The notes under the pieces are model-generated. The model was not told where the DNA came from. It saw nothing but the letters and a program-made list of their open reading frames with translations, and ran no database searches. 64,000 bases of DNA, from positions 1-64,000 of the forward strand of contig CAWDYC010000006.1 of assembly GCA_963806535.1 (NCBI GenBank). Direction: 5' to 3'. Numbering within the stretch: the first letter of the stretch is position 1; every line of letters begins with the position of its first letter. The position numbers were made by a program, and so were the translations under genes. This document shows, piece by piece, positions 41,871-52,664 of this stretch. Source of the stretch: Candidatus Bathyarchaeota archaeon. Its GTDB lineage: Archaea; Thermoproteota; Bathyarchaeia; Bathyarchaeales; Bathycorpusculaceae.

Positions 41871-42526
41871 TTTTTTGTTTACTATCTCAAGGTACGCTCT
41901 ATTAATTTCAAGTTAAAATTCTCTATTTGTATACGATAGCATGGACAAAGTATCGCGCTTTTGTTTATCCAAGTTTGCTTAAACCCTCAAAATTGTCGAA
42001 GATTCACGAACCTTAAATATACATGACTAAAAAATAGTCAAAAGGCTAAGTGGGAAGAGTTTTTGAGTCTAAAATTGAGTGATTAGACAAGCAAAAGGAA
42101 TAAAATTACTAAAAAAGGAATTATAAAACCTATTTAGCGCATCATCGAGGCAAAATTTTGCTTTTGGTAGTTGTCTCGAGCGCTTATAAAATCTAAACTT
42201 CGCTAGTTAGCTGAGCAAAAGGTTTGTTAAAGCCTATTTTGTTGAGCGAAAAACATCCGAATGGTCATTTTTTACATTTAAAAGTTAAATTAACCTATTG
42301 TATTGTGACAATAATGATTTGAATCTGATTAATCATCCATTCTCTCTTAGCTTATTTGGAGCTACGAAATGCGAAGGCAAATATTTTCTTTTCCTGTAAA
42401 AAATGAAAGAAGGTTTTTCTGCACGCGCTACATAAGCGTTTAGGGCTGTCCAAAATGGATTGGCTAAAGAAATGTTATGTTTAAAGAGGGGACTAATTGA
42501 TTTTAAGAAATCTTAAAATGGGTTTG

Positions 42527-42544
42527 GTTGATGCTTTTGTATAC
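42527..42544 (+). repeat. Motif GTTGATGCTTTTGTATAC, copy 1
   Basis: Exact 18-mer. With its upstream AATGGGTTTG it forms a 28-bp inverted pair with 45827-45854. Confidence 0.85.
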
Positions 42545-42638
42545 TGGATTAGAGAGGGGATAGATGGCCAAAAAGCATTTTCTGATTGTTTGGATCATAG
42601 ATTTAACATAATCTTTTCAATTTTTGAGGTAATAAATA

Positions 42639-43352
42639 TTGAGTGTTGAAAGCAATCTGATTATTTCGTTGCTAAAATTGACTAAAGAAGGTACAGTTTT
42701 AAATGAAGATATAAAAAAAGACTCAAGGATACCCGCCATAGTAGCAAAGAATTTGCTATCAAAACTGCAAAACGAAGGACTCATTTATCTAAAATCACGA
42801 CTGCATTGAAATCAACAGCGCAATGAGAATTAAATTAGCCGTCAAAGCAGTATCGCTTAGGCTCCGATATAGAGTACATCAGCAATTTACTTTGCTGGCA
42901 AGAGTTTGAGGAAATAACCGCTTTTACACTTAAAAAATTTTGGGTATAACGTTGCAAAAAACGTAAGATTCAAAAATGCAGAACGCAGATGGGAAATAGA
43001 CGTGGTTGGCTGCAAGAAACCTTTAGTCGTTTGTATAGACTGCAAGCATTGGCAGCATGCAATTGCACCTTCAGCTTTAAGAAGAATTGTTGATTCGCAG
43101 GTTGAACGAACAAAAGCTTTGGTAGATTCCTTACCAAACGTCCAGCTGCACTTAGAGTGTACTAAATGGAATGATGCAAAGTTTATTCCAGCAGTGCTAT
43201 CACTTATGCCAAGTTCATTCAAGTTCTACGATGAAGTTCCAGTGGTGCCTGTGCTTCAGATGCAGGATTTTCTAAATCAAATGCCAATGTACATTGAATC
43301 GCTAAAATCTTTTTCTAAACGCTTCAACAAGTTACCCATTTCTAAAAAATAA
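42639..43352 (+). CDS. wHTH plus PD-(D/E)XK restriction-endonuclease-like protein (frameshifted)
   Basis: TTG start MSVESNLIISLLKLTKEG..., then WQEFEE...NVRFK...WEIDVVG...CIDCKHW. Confidence 0.75.
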
Positions 43353-43451
43353 ATTCCAGTTTCAGCTTCAGATGAGCTTAGGTAGATTTTTATGAAATCT
43401 ATTTAGGGCAGCGAATTTTAAAGAATACGTAGTGTCCCCCCCAGAGGTTTC

Positions 43452-43510
43452 TTCTTTCTGAAGCAGAGAAGAAGTAGGATGTGTTATTTCCAGCCGTCCT
43501 TCTTCTTTCA
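43452..43510 (+). repeat. Dispersed hairpin repeat, copy A
   Basis: 57/59 identical to the reverse complement of 55056-55114. Confidence 0.9.
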
Positions 43511-43583
43511 AGAATGTTGATCAGTGGGCTTTTGGCGAACCGCTTGCTCCAAGTACTCATCACCAAAACAAAACCAAAACAAG

Positions 43584-44018
43584 CTAACTATAAGTTGTAT
43601 CTATGTTAAGGTTCCCACGATCACGCTTAAGGATCCTAACTTTTTCAGGAAGCTTATTTTTTTCCCAATCCGTCCAACTGATTTCTTTAAAAAGCCAACG
43701 TTTGCCCAGGTGTGCTGCGACAACGGCGTGCTTGTGAGAGTTATCTGAAGGTATAAATTGATCAAGAAACCTGAAAAGTTTGTCGATTTGCTGTCTAGGA
43801 AAGTAGGCGTAGTAGCTGGCGTTTTTTACTTCAAAAGCGTAATTGTGCCCACCTTTTCTAGCCATTATGTCGGGCAAGGGGTTGAGGCTTGGATTACTTA
43901 CTGGAACCCGGACAGCGTAGTAACCCTTTTTCTGGAGCAACTTGACTAATACGGTTTCACTGTAGAAACCTCTTTTCCGCCAGCGACGTAGTCTTATGCG
44001 ATCAAGGTCTGTACTCAC
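43584..44018 (-). CDS. hjc: Archaeal Holliday junction resolvase (Hjc-like)
   Basis: KRGFYSE...LLQKKGYYAVRVPVS...PLPDIMA...AFEVK...QQIDKLFRF. Confidence 0.8.
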   Translation of the reverse strand: MSTDLDRIRLRRWRKRGFYSETVLVKLLQKKGYYAVRVPVSNPSLNPLPDIMARKGGHNYAFEVKNASYYAYFPRQQIDKLFRFLDQFIPSDNSHKHAVVAAHLGKRWLFKEISWTDWEKNKLPEKVRILKRDRGNLNIDTTYS

Positions 44019-44099
44019 ATTTTCACCTGAATGTTTGCTGAATTATCGGTGCTTTAGGCATAAAAATTGTTGCTCTTGTACACCAAAGAATTGTGTTAT

Positions 44100-44117
44100 G
44101 TTGATGCTTTCGTATAC
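44100..44117 (+). repeat. Motif copy GTTGATGCTTTCGTATAC
   Basis: One mismatch to the consensus. A degenerate tandem copy lies at 44067-44083. Confidence 0.8.
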
Positions 44118-44369
44118 GCTTGTTATTGGTTAGTGGTTCAGGAGGGCACTGGTGAACATTAAAACTCAATATAATACTAACTCCACCAAAACCACTGACT
44201 TAGTTGCTATGGTCATTAACACTTTAATAATATTGCCAAATTAGGCTACTCTAAGCGCTTGAAAAGTAAGTGCTGAACCCGAAAAAACTTGAATGAAGAG
44301 CGTTAAAAGCAGAATTTTCACGCGCCGTCGAAAGGTTAGAGGACATAAAACTATTTCAGCAACTTGGCG

Positions 44370-44387
44370 GTATGCAGAGGCATCAAC
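44370..44387 (-). repeat. Motif copy GTTGATGCCTCTGCATAC
   Basis: Three T-to-C transitions relative to the consensus. Confidence 0.6.
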
Positions 44388-45826
44388 CAGATTACCTCAT
44401 ACGGAACCAGTATGATCCGCTCTCTCATCAATAATGGCAGACACACAAATTTGGTATCGCAACACTATTTTGGTGATCCACAGATTTAGCGAGCAAACTT
44501 CGCGCAAAAGTAACTCTGGGCCTAGGAAAAATTTGTTCAATTTCTTTTCCCAAAAAGAGGATTTGACCATTTGTCCTTGAAGGGAGCTGAAAAATCTGCA
44601 ACACTAAAAAATCTTGCTCGTTTATAATAAAAATTAATTTCTTAATTTCTTCTCTAAAATCGGCAAATTTTTTATGATCTTTGGGAAAATTGCGAAAACA
44701 CTCGAAGAGCGGACGAAAAAATCGGCTTTTGCTTCGCATGGAGATTTTCGGGGGTACTTATATGAGGCCCCGATATTCCCCATGCCAATGCTTTGGCAGT
44801 AGTGTAAAAACGTCTAAATTAAGGCTTTTTAGGTATTTTAAGCTTAAATCATCGTTTTAAATTATCGTTTCCATAGAAAAAAATTGGTTGTTTTTTAGCT
44901 TCCATCATTTCGGAATAAAACACCATTATAATGCTTAATTTATGGAAAAATAAGCCATAATTGAGATTGTTTTATCAAATAGGGTTAAACGCTACAGCGT
45001 TTACTGAACGTTGCGAGAACTCAAGAAGAACCTGAAAATTTTCTGTTAATAAAATAATTGTCTGGTTTCACTTGCGCCTATAAAGTAATTTTTCTTTAAA
45101 ACCTTGACCGCTAACGTTAACTTTAATTTCGCAGAATTATCTTTGCTTACTTAGGCCTCTGAATAGATCTCTTAAGAAATTGGTAGTCTGACCAGGGGAA
45201 CTTTTTCATTTGAAGCCGATTAATTTAGAATTGCCAAAAAATTGCGCGAATGTATGTTTTTTTGTACTCGGCTAGAGTTATATTTTTTATGATTTATTTG
45301 TTTTGAAAAGTTAAGCTATTTTTTCCGGATAGACTGCCAATTAATGACAGATTTTCAGGTTGCAGAAAATTGTCAAAAAAACTGAAGCTGACAATATAGT
45401 TCCACTCTAAAGTGTCCTAAAATGTTTTTTCAAATAATAGGCTAAGACGCTGATTTGAGAACGATAATCTTCGACCTGGTACAAAAATGGATTTCAAATA
45501 AAAAAATGGTGTTCTTTACTTAAACTAAATCATCTTTGTCATCTTGGGGATAATGGAACTGCACTATTGCATGTGTTAAGCTTGCCTAAACAATACTGAT
45601 GTGGAATCACTGCTTGAATCACAGATTGATACTGGCGGGTATGGTGGCATTCGTATTACTGAATTATTCACCTATCACGAGTCACAGCGAGCCAAAAAAA
45701 AGAGAATAATAAAAAATGAAAAAAAGAAATAAGCTTAAGTTTTTTAATTCTAAGCATAATTGGAGTGTAAAATTCCCGCTGCAGTTTCTAGCTTCGTGGA
45801 TCATTCTTGATAAGCCTGCTTATTTT

Positions 45827-45844
45827 GTATACAAAAGCATCAAC
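45827..45844 (-). repeat. Motif copy GTTGATGCTTTTGTATAC
   Basis: Exact 18-mer on the minus strand. Confidence 0.85.
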
Positions 45845-46741
45845 CAAACCCATTCGTTAAGCGTATGAGTGCTATGTTATAGCACGGAATAACACCGTTG
45901 TTATCAATTTTGATTCCGGACAAGAAAAATATTTAAAAAATTATCAATTGCGTTTTCTGAGTAGTTGGATTGTATCTCCATAATTTGAAGCGGTGAATTG
46001 ATTTATTCACGATTCGTCAAACTCACTGGGTAGGTCGGTCCCACCCTGTACTATTATTGTGAGCAATCAAAGATTATGTGTCTTGGACCTCGATTTGTAT
46101 GTAATCTTGATCTCACTAAACATTTATTATGAGTACTTGTAGGTGAACCCGCGTGAGCAAAATGCTCGTTTCAGAAACTGATTTCCGGAAATCATGGGCT
46201 CAGGAAGAGATGTAAACCGCGCAAGCAATATGGCCATTGTTTTATTTTGATCGATATGAAAGCGCTACCAGTATTAATGAAGTTATTTAGAACAGCTGTA
46301 GACCGGAGTTAACTTGGCTTTTAGTTTCTTAGGTCTATGAAAGTATTCGAATAATTGCGAAGGTTAAATATACATGCGGTCCAAAAGCCAAGATCTTAAA
46401 ATAGCCATTATCTATTAGCACATAAATGTTTTTTCGGAACAAAAAATGTGGTTCAGGGCCACGAAAATGCGCTTTAGGCAGGTTAAAACTGTTATTCTGA
46501 TTAAAATTAATGCTTTTCTTGAAGATGCGAACGACATCTTGGTTTTTAGCTACTTGTTTAGGCAAAGTTGCCATTGCAAAATCTTTTTTGTTAATCGAAA
46601 AATGGTTGGAATGGCTATTTTATACATTTAAAATTCAAAATACAGATCAAATCCTCACCAATAATTAAACATTGCATGCTAATTATTCATGTCTTGTCTC
46701 TTTTTGGCACTTCGGGGTCCGAAAAGAAAAGCCATTTAGAC

Positions 46742-46830
46742 GAAGTAGGACGCGGTGCTAATTCCATCTGTCCTCATTCTTCTTTCAGAGAAGAACAACA
46801 ACCGGTGCTAACAGCGATTGTTATTATTCT
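46742..46830 (+). repeat. Dispersed hairpin repeat, copy B (diverged)
   Basis: GAAGTAGGA..GTGCTAATTCCATCTGTCCT..TTCTTCTTTCAGAGAAGAACAACAACCGGTGCTAACA aligns with the reverse complement of 55015-55096. Confidence 0.8.
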
Positions 46831-46895
46831 TCCTTAGATTAGAAACATTTTTCAACAATATACAATTTAAAAATACTTGAGAGAAGGAGCAAAAC

Positions 46896-47312
46896 ATGTC
46901 AAACTTTAAAGTTGTGAACCGCAACATCAATTTCACCACGAAAGGCGAAATAGATTTTCTGGATCTAACAGACAAAATTCAAGAAGAGGTAACAAGTTCA
47001 GGTATAAAAAACGGGTTAGTCCATGTATTTGCGCCACATGCGACAGGCATCCTAATTTTAACGGAAAACGATGACGCTCTCCTCCTTGACGTCAAGGCAT
47101 TGCTCGAAGAACTCGCGCCAAAACAAAAAGCGTACCAGCACCCATCTAATGCTTATTCACATTTGCGATCAATACTTCTTCCACCAGATAAGACCCTCCC
47201 AATAATTAATGGCAACGTGACGTTTGGAACTTGGCAATCTTTGCTATTTGTAGAAACCGACGTTTATCCCAGAAAAAGAACGGTAATTATTCAAGTCTTG
47301 GGTGAACAGTAA
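46896..47312 (+). CDS. yjbQ: YjbQ/UPF0047 protein
   Basis: HATG...ENDD...NAYSHL...GTWQSLLFVE. Confidence 0.92.
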   Translation: MSNFKVVNRNINFTTKGEIDFLDLTDKIQEEVTSSGIKNGLVHVFAPHATGILILTENDDALLLDVKALLEELAPKQKAYQHPSNAYSHLRSILLPPDKTLPIINGNVTFGTWQSLLFVETDVYPRKRTVIIQVLGEQ

Positions 47313-47860
47313 CCACGAAAAATAAACCAAACGCTTCTTTTTAATAGCTACTTAATTTTAAAGTTTCTGCCTTTCGTTTCTCGTACCGCAAAAAAAACAC
47401 CCCTTGACATCCTAATTTAATCTTTTATATGTAATTAGGCAAACAAGCATGAGCTTTTTTAACTAATTATTGTAAAAACTGATCATTCGAAGAAATTTCG
47501 TAGACTGCCTGAGAAATATTTGTCTCAACTTTTCTAAGAAAACGTTGAAGGGAGAAATAACAACGCAACTATTCAATCATCCTAATTCAAACACCAGCAT
47601 TTTTAACTTGTGACACAGAAAAGAAGCGCCTGGAAGGGAAAAAAACTACACCAATCTTTTAGAGAAAGAAAGAAAATTTTATAACAGGTTCTAAAAAGCC
47701 ATATTTGTAGCGTAATCAGACACATTTTTAGCGCAGATGTCTTCCAAAATATAGTTGAATCATATTTGTTCTAGTAAAGCCGAAAAGGGAAGAAAGAAAT
47801 GTGGTTTTTTGTGCCTTCAAATTCTATGATTATATAAGCTTCGCTGTACTTCGAGAAAGG

Positions 47861-48589
47861 TTAGCCTTTTCTCTCTGTGCGGATCCTTTTAGAGGAGCCT
47901 CGGGGGCGCATCCGTGCTTTCTTCTTTACGGCAGACCTCTCTGTAGGTTTCTCCTCCATTATGTCGGGGGCAGCTTCTTCTAGAGGTAAAGTGTCAACAA
48001 CATCTGGAAAATCATCGTTTTCAGCTTGTTCAGCTCCAGCTTTGAACATCGTTACAAACGCGCGATCTACATCCCCTGGCTCTGCGTTAATACCTAAAGT
48101 AGCGTCTGTAAGTACCACTGTCTCGTAACCAAGTTTGCGGGCATCAAGAACCGTGTTAACAACGCAGTAATCAGTTGCTAACCCCCCAATGAAGAGGCGT
48201 TTAACCTCACACATCTTTAATTCGTGTGCAAAGCTGGTTCCATCAAAGACGGAATAAGATTCATGTTCAGGGTTTGTAGCTTTTGAAATAACTCCAATGA
48301 TGGAGGACAGTTTGAGGTCAGGACTAAATTTGGCGCCTTCTGTATCTTGAACGCAATGGGGAGGCCATGGCCCACCTTGTGCTTTAAAGGAGATGTGATT
48401 TATCGGATGCCAATCTCTAGATGCAAAAATGTGCGCTTTGGCATCTGCAAAATGTTTTATGTATGCGTTAAGTACAGGAATTATTTCGTTTCCTCCTTCA
48501 ATGGGGAGAGCGCCTCCTGGCAGGAAATCTTTTTGGATATCTGTTATCAACAGGGCATCAGAATTTATTGTATTATATTTTGTTTTCAA
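47861..48589 (-). CDS. pncA: Nicotinamidase (isochorismatase family)
   Basis: DIQKDFLPGGAL, RDWHP, WPPHCVQ and GLATDYCV. Confidence 0.9.
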   Translation of the reverse strand: MKTKYNTINSDALLITDIQKDFLPGGALPIEGGNEIIPVLNAYIKHFADAKAHIFASRDWHPINHISFKAQGGPWPPHCVQDTEGAKFSPDLKLSSIIGVISKATNPEHESYSVFDGTSFAHELKMCEVKRLFIGGLATDYCVVNTVLDARKLGYETVVLTDATLGINAEPGDVDRAFVTMFKAGAEQAENDDFPDVVDTLPLEEAAPDIMEEKPTERSAVKKKARMRPRGSSKRIRTERKG

Positions 48590-48737
48590 TCAAGTCACCT
48601 TATTTTTCCTTCAAGAAATTGTTTAGAAATTAAGATAAAAATAAGTAGATACTATTGAATAAACATTTTGAAATAAATAAAGCGCTCAATGGAAAAGTAA
48701 TTAAAGTTTTATGACTTTAATGGAATAGTGAAAAAAC

Positions 48738-49007
48738 ATGTCAGTTTTAGCTTATGTTCTTTTTAAAGTTGCGTCTGGAACAGAACGTGAAGTTGCTCAG
48801 AAAATGATTGAATTTCAAGAGGTAATGCAAGCAGACGTGGTTTTCGGCGAATACGATGTAATAGCAAGGGTAACAACAACCGATTTGGAAAAGCTGCAAG
48901 ATTTCGTTTCAGACGAAATAAGAACGGTCCCGAACGTGCTTATTACTTCTACAATGATAATTTCAAAAGAATATAAAGGAAAAGTCTGTCGGCCTAAGAA
49001 CAAGTGA
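48738..49007 (+). CDS. Lrp/AsnC ligand-binding (RAM) domain protein
   Basis: VFGEYDVIARV and IRTVPNVLITSTMI. Confidence 0.88.
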   Translation: MSVLAYVLFKVASGTEREVAQKMIEFQEVMQADVVFGEYDVIARVTTTDLEKLQDFVSDEIRTVPNVLITSTMIISKEYKGKVCRPKNK

Positions 49008-49021
49008 TTTTTAGTTGTTTT

Positions 49022-49039
49022 GTTGATGCTTTTGTATAC
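49022..49039 (+). repeat. Motif copy GTTGATGCTTTTGTATAC
   Basis: Exact. The 24-mer 49016-49039 is identical to 51187-51210. Confidence 0.88.
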
Positions 49040-49094
49040 CATTAAGGATAGGCTTATCTTTTAACTAGTCGCAATAAAATAGAAGGCGTTAAAC

Positions 49095-50636
49095 ATGCAG
49101 AAAAAAAGCAGCAACGAGTTCATTACAAGTAGGGAAATGCGTGCCCTAGAAACCAATGCGGGATACTTCGGCATTTCTTTGCTTCAATTAATGGAAAACG
49201 CCGGACGCAATATAGCTCAAGAAGTTATTTCACGTTTCCCAAAAGGAAAAAAAATCGCTATTTTCTGCGGTTTAGGTGGAAATGGGGGTGATGGGTTTGT
49301 TGCAGCAAGACACCTTCTGATCGCAGGGTACGCCGTAACCATAATTCTTATTGGTAAAGCCCGTGATATCAGCCATGAAGCTACATTGCAGAACTGGTCA
49401 ATTCTTCAGCATTTGCAGGAAAAGATTTCACTGAAAGAAATAAATGATAGCTCAGAAATACCTAAAGTATCAGTTGACGTTATAATTGATGCCTTGCTTG
49501 GAACAGGTACAAAAGGGCAACTTAAGTCACCAGTTTGCCAAGTGGTTGAGTACATTAATTCTTTGAAGGCTTTCAAACTATCGGTTGATGTTCCTACCGG
49601 CATAGATTCAGACACAGGAGAAGTTTTAGGAACAGCGGTTAGAGCTGATCTCACAGTTACTTTCCATAAAAGCAAAATAGGTTTGGACAAAGCCAAAAAA
49701 TATGTTGGCGATTTAATTGTGAAGGATATTGGCTTGCCGACTGAATTAGAGAAGTTTGCCGGTCCTGGAGATGTTAATCTTGTCAAGAAACCGCGCAGTC
49801 CATCTGCTCACAAAGGCGATTTTGGACGGTTGCTAGTTATCGGGGGAAGTGAAGTATATTCAGGTGCTCCAACCTTAGTTTCGCTGGGTGCATTGAGAAC
49901 AGGTGCTGATCTTGTTTATCTTGCAGCGCCAATGAAAGCGGCATATTCAATTTCTTCAATTTCTCCAGACCTGATTACGATAAAGCTTGATGGTAACAAT
50001 CTAAACCCGAGCAACATTGAAACAATAAAACCTTATTTGAACATGGTTGACGCTGTTGCACTGGGTCCAGGCCTAGGACAAAATATTGAAACCGTGGATT
50101 TCGTTAAGCTATGCATTGAAGAAATTGAGAAGGCAGATAAACCCCTACTTTTGGATGCTGACGGTCTTAAAGCATTTGCAAAGTTTAAAAGAGTCCTGAA
50201 AGTGCCTCTGGTTTTGACGCCTCATTCGGGAGAATACACCATTCTTACCGGTGAAACTCTCGCAGAAAATCAAGATGAGCGTGCTTTGGCAGTCCAGAAA
50301 AACGCGAAAAAACTCAAAGCAGTGATTTTGGTAAAAGGGAAAGTTGATGTCGTTTGCAATTCTGAAAAGATTAAGCTTAATTTTACGGGCAATGCTGGCA
50401 TGACAGTTGGTGGCACAGGGGACGTTTTAAGCGGAATCGTTTCTGGTTTGATTGCTCAGCACGTTGATCCGTTTGAAGCAGCAGTCGCTGGTGCCTTCGT
50501 TAATGGAGCTGCGGGCGATTTTGTCGCAGAAGAAATAGGTTTTCATATGGTAGCGACGGACATTATTGATTGGATTCCTCGGCTTTTGGATGATCCAATG
50601 AGTCACTTGAAGGTGCGCAAACCAATTGGAAAATAA
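49095..50636 (+). CDS. nnr: Bifunctional NAD(P)H-hydrate epimerase/dehydratase
   Basis: LMENAG, GGNGGDG, DALLGTG, HKGDFG, LDADG, LTPH and GGTGDVL. Confidence 0.95.
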   Translation: MQKKSSNEFITSREMRALETNAGYFGISLLQLMENAGRNIAQEVISRFPKGKKIAIFCGLGGNGGDGFVAARHLLIAGYAVTIILIGKARDISHEATLQNWSILQHLQEKISLKEINDSSEIPKVSVDVIIDALLGTGTKGQLKSPVCQVVEYINSLKAFKLSVDVPTGIDSDTGEVLGTAVRADLTVTFHKSKIGLDKAKKYVGDLIVKDIGLPTELEKFAGPGDVNLVKKPRSPSAHKGDFGRLLVIGGSEVYSGAPTLVSLGALRTGADLVYLAAPMKAAYSISSISPDLITIKLDGNNLNPSNIETIKPYLNMVDAVALGPGLGQNIETVDFVKLCIEEIEKADKPLLLDADGLKAFAKFKRVLKVPLVLTPHSGEYTILTGETLAENQDERALAVQKNAKKLKAVILVKGKVDVVCNSEKIKLNFTGNAGMTVGGTGDVLSGIVSGLIAQHVDPFEAAVAGAFVNGAAGDFVAEEIGFHMVATDIIDWIPRLLDDPMSHLKVRKPIGK

Positions 50637-51183
50637 CGCCGAACCTGCAGCTCCAAAATTTCCTTTGCGAATTACAATTTATCATGCAGCCCAAGATGAT
50701 CCTAAAAAAAATACTGCATTAAGACTGAAACGTCGAGGATTTGCCCGAATAGTTACTCGGACACGTTTTCTGCCAAAACGAGCATTAGTGCTAAATCCTT
50801 TCGGCGAAATAGCATTTTCGCCAGCAGACAGAGAACGAATTCAGAAATTCGGGTTGGCCGCCGTTGATTGCAGTTGGGAACATGCCCAAAAAGTCATGAG
50901 TACTCGTGTAAAAGGAACCAGCCGCTGCTTACCCATCCTAATTGCGGGAAACCCCGTTAATTTCGGGAAGCTAACCAAACTAACTACTGCCGAAGCAATT
51001 GGAGCTGCCTTGTATATTGCAGGTTTTAAAAAAGAGTCAGAAGATCTTTTGTCGATTTTTACTTGGGGCCATTCATTTTTTGAATTAAACGGTATGTTAC
51101 TTGACAATTACGTTAAGGCTAAGGATAGCGGTGAAATCGTTGAAATGCAAACAAAACTTTTGAAACCCAAAAAATGCCTCTAA
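50626..51183 (+). CDS. tsr3: rRNA aminocarboxypropyltransferase Tsr3 (DUF367)
   Basis: DDPKKNT, DCSW, LPILIAGNPVNFGK and FTWGHSFFELN. Confidence 0.93.
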   Translation: MENNAEPAAPKFPLRITIYHAAQDDPKKNTALRLKRRGFARIVTRTRFLPKRALVLNPFGEIAFSPADRERIQKFGLAAVDCSWEHAQKVMSTRVKGTSRCLPILIAGNPVNFGKLTKLTTAEAIGAALYIAGFKKESEDLLSIFTWGHSFFELNGMLLDNYVKAKDSGEIVEMQTKLLKPKKCL

Positions 51184-51192
51184 CTGTGTTTT

Positions 51193-51210
51193 GTTGATGC
51201 TTTTGTATAC
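51193..51210 (+). repeat. Motif copy GTTGATGCTTTTGTATAC
   Basis: Exact, directly after the tsr3 stop codon. Confidence 0.88.
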
Positions 51211-51267
51211 GAAACCTGAATGCTTATAGCAAACCACGGTAAAAATGATTAAAGTGCTATGGTGAGG

Positions 51268-51920
51268 ATGGTGGAAGCTCGGAATACATAACGGATTTCT
51301 ATCTATTCTTAGCTTCAGTTGTACTTATCTCACTCTCAGGAGTCCTAGTGCCTGGACCATTGTTTGCAGTAACACTCAAAAAAGCAGCTAAAAGCAAAGC
51401 GGCAGGCGTTTTAATTGCAATTGGTCATGGGATAGTTGAGTTTCCGATAATGTTTCTGATTTTCTTTTTACTAAGTCAATTTAATATTCCAAATATTGTT
51501 CAGGTAATCGTGGGTTTGGTAGGCGGCTTCTTGATGATTCTGATGGGCATTCAAACATTTAGAAACAGACATGAAAAAGAAGAATCGCGTCTAAGTTTAA
51601 AACGGGATTCTGTGTTTGCTGGAGTTTACACGACTGCAGTTAATGCAGGTTTTATTTTGTGGTGGTTAACGATTGGCACTACCTTGATACTTAATGCTCA
51701 ACTTTTCGGCTTTTTTGGTTTTTCGGTTTTTGCGGGTGTTCATTGGCTATGCGACTTCTCTTGGTACAGTGTTGCGGCATTAGTGATTTTTAAGTCACAA
51801 CGCTTTTGGAACAATCGAGTGAGAATGGGGATTACAATTTTTTGTGTGGCAGTTTTCATTGGTTTTGGAGCATACTTCATGGGTTCTGCCTTATGGTCCT
51901 TAATTGGTACAGTTATATAG
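51268..51920 (+). CDS. LysE-family translocator (start uncertain)
   Basis: ISLSGVLVPGPLFAVT, GHGIVE and WWLTIG. Confidence 0.88.
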
Positions 51921-51941
51921 AAAGATGAAAGAGTAATATTC

Positions 51942-52514
51942 ATGGAGTTTCAAGTTGGAAATTCAATTGTGCAGCTAATAAAAGGCGATATTACAGACAT
52001 CGACATAGATGCAATTGTTAATGCAGCAAATTCGTCTCTTATGGGTGGTGGCGGAGTAGACGGAGCCATACATGAAAAAGGTGGACCTAAAATTCTTGAA
52101 GAATGCAAACGAATAAGAGCAACTGAATGGCCTGATGGATTGCCAACCGGAAAAGCAGTAATTACTTCAGGCGGTAACTTGAAGGCTAAATACGTTATTC
52201 ACACGGTTGGGCCAGTGTGGCTGGGAGGCTTCCACGTTGAAGCCGAACTACTAAAGCAAGCATATAGAAACTCGATGAAGCTTGCAGTTAGCAAAGGAAT
52301 TAAGTCGGTTGCGTTTCCGTCGATTAGCACTGGAGCTTACGGATATCCCGTAGATGAAGCCAGTCGTATCGCAATAAAAACGGTGAAAGAATTTTTGGAA
52401 AAAGACGAGAGGCTTACAAAGGTTATTTTAGTTTTGTTTTCTGAGCGAGATTTAGAAGTCTATATAGAAGCGGCAAAATCGATTGTGTATTCAAAGGGCT
52501 TCCGTCATTCTTGA
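51942..52514 (+). CDS. Macrodomain O-acetyl-ADP-ribose deacetylase (YmdB-like)
   Basis: GDIT, IVNAAN, GGGGVDGAIH, IHTVGP and FPSISTGAYGYP. Confidence 0.95.
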   Translation: MEFQVGNSIVQLIKGDITDIDIDAIVNAANSSLMGGGGVDGAIHEKGGPKILEECKRIRATEWPDGLPTGKAVITSGGNLKAKYVIHTVGPVWLGGFHVEAELLKQAYRNSMKLAVSKGIKSVAFPSISTGAYGYPVDEASRIAIKTVKEFLEKDERLTKVILVLFSERDLEVYIEAAKSIVYSKGFRHS

Positions 52515-52664
52515 CCAATTTATTTGATCAATTTCAGATATGTCTTTTTTATATATATCAATTTTTGGAATATATCAGAAACAAAAATAATTAATATATT
52601 AATACTTACGATAGGTTTTCCGTATTCAAGAACAACACAACAACAAATTAGGAGATTAAGAAAA

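Noticed and set aside
42511-45861. Inverted 28-bp pair as the termini of a 3.3-kb transposon
   Set aside because: No transposase inside, no clear target duplication, the cargo (hjc) looks chromosomal, and the core motif recurs outside the pair.
44428-46631. ORFs 44428-44739, 46335-46574 and 46446-46631
   Set aside because: F/K/I-rich translations typical of AT-rich non-coding DNA, with no recognisable motifs.
42527-51210. Repeated 18-24 bp motif as a CRISPR array
   Set aside because: Copies are mostly hundreds to thousands of bases apart, on both strands, with no regular spacers and no cas genes.
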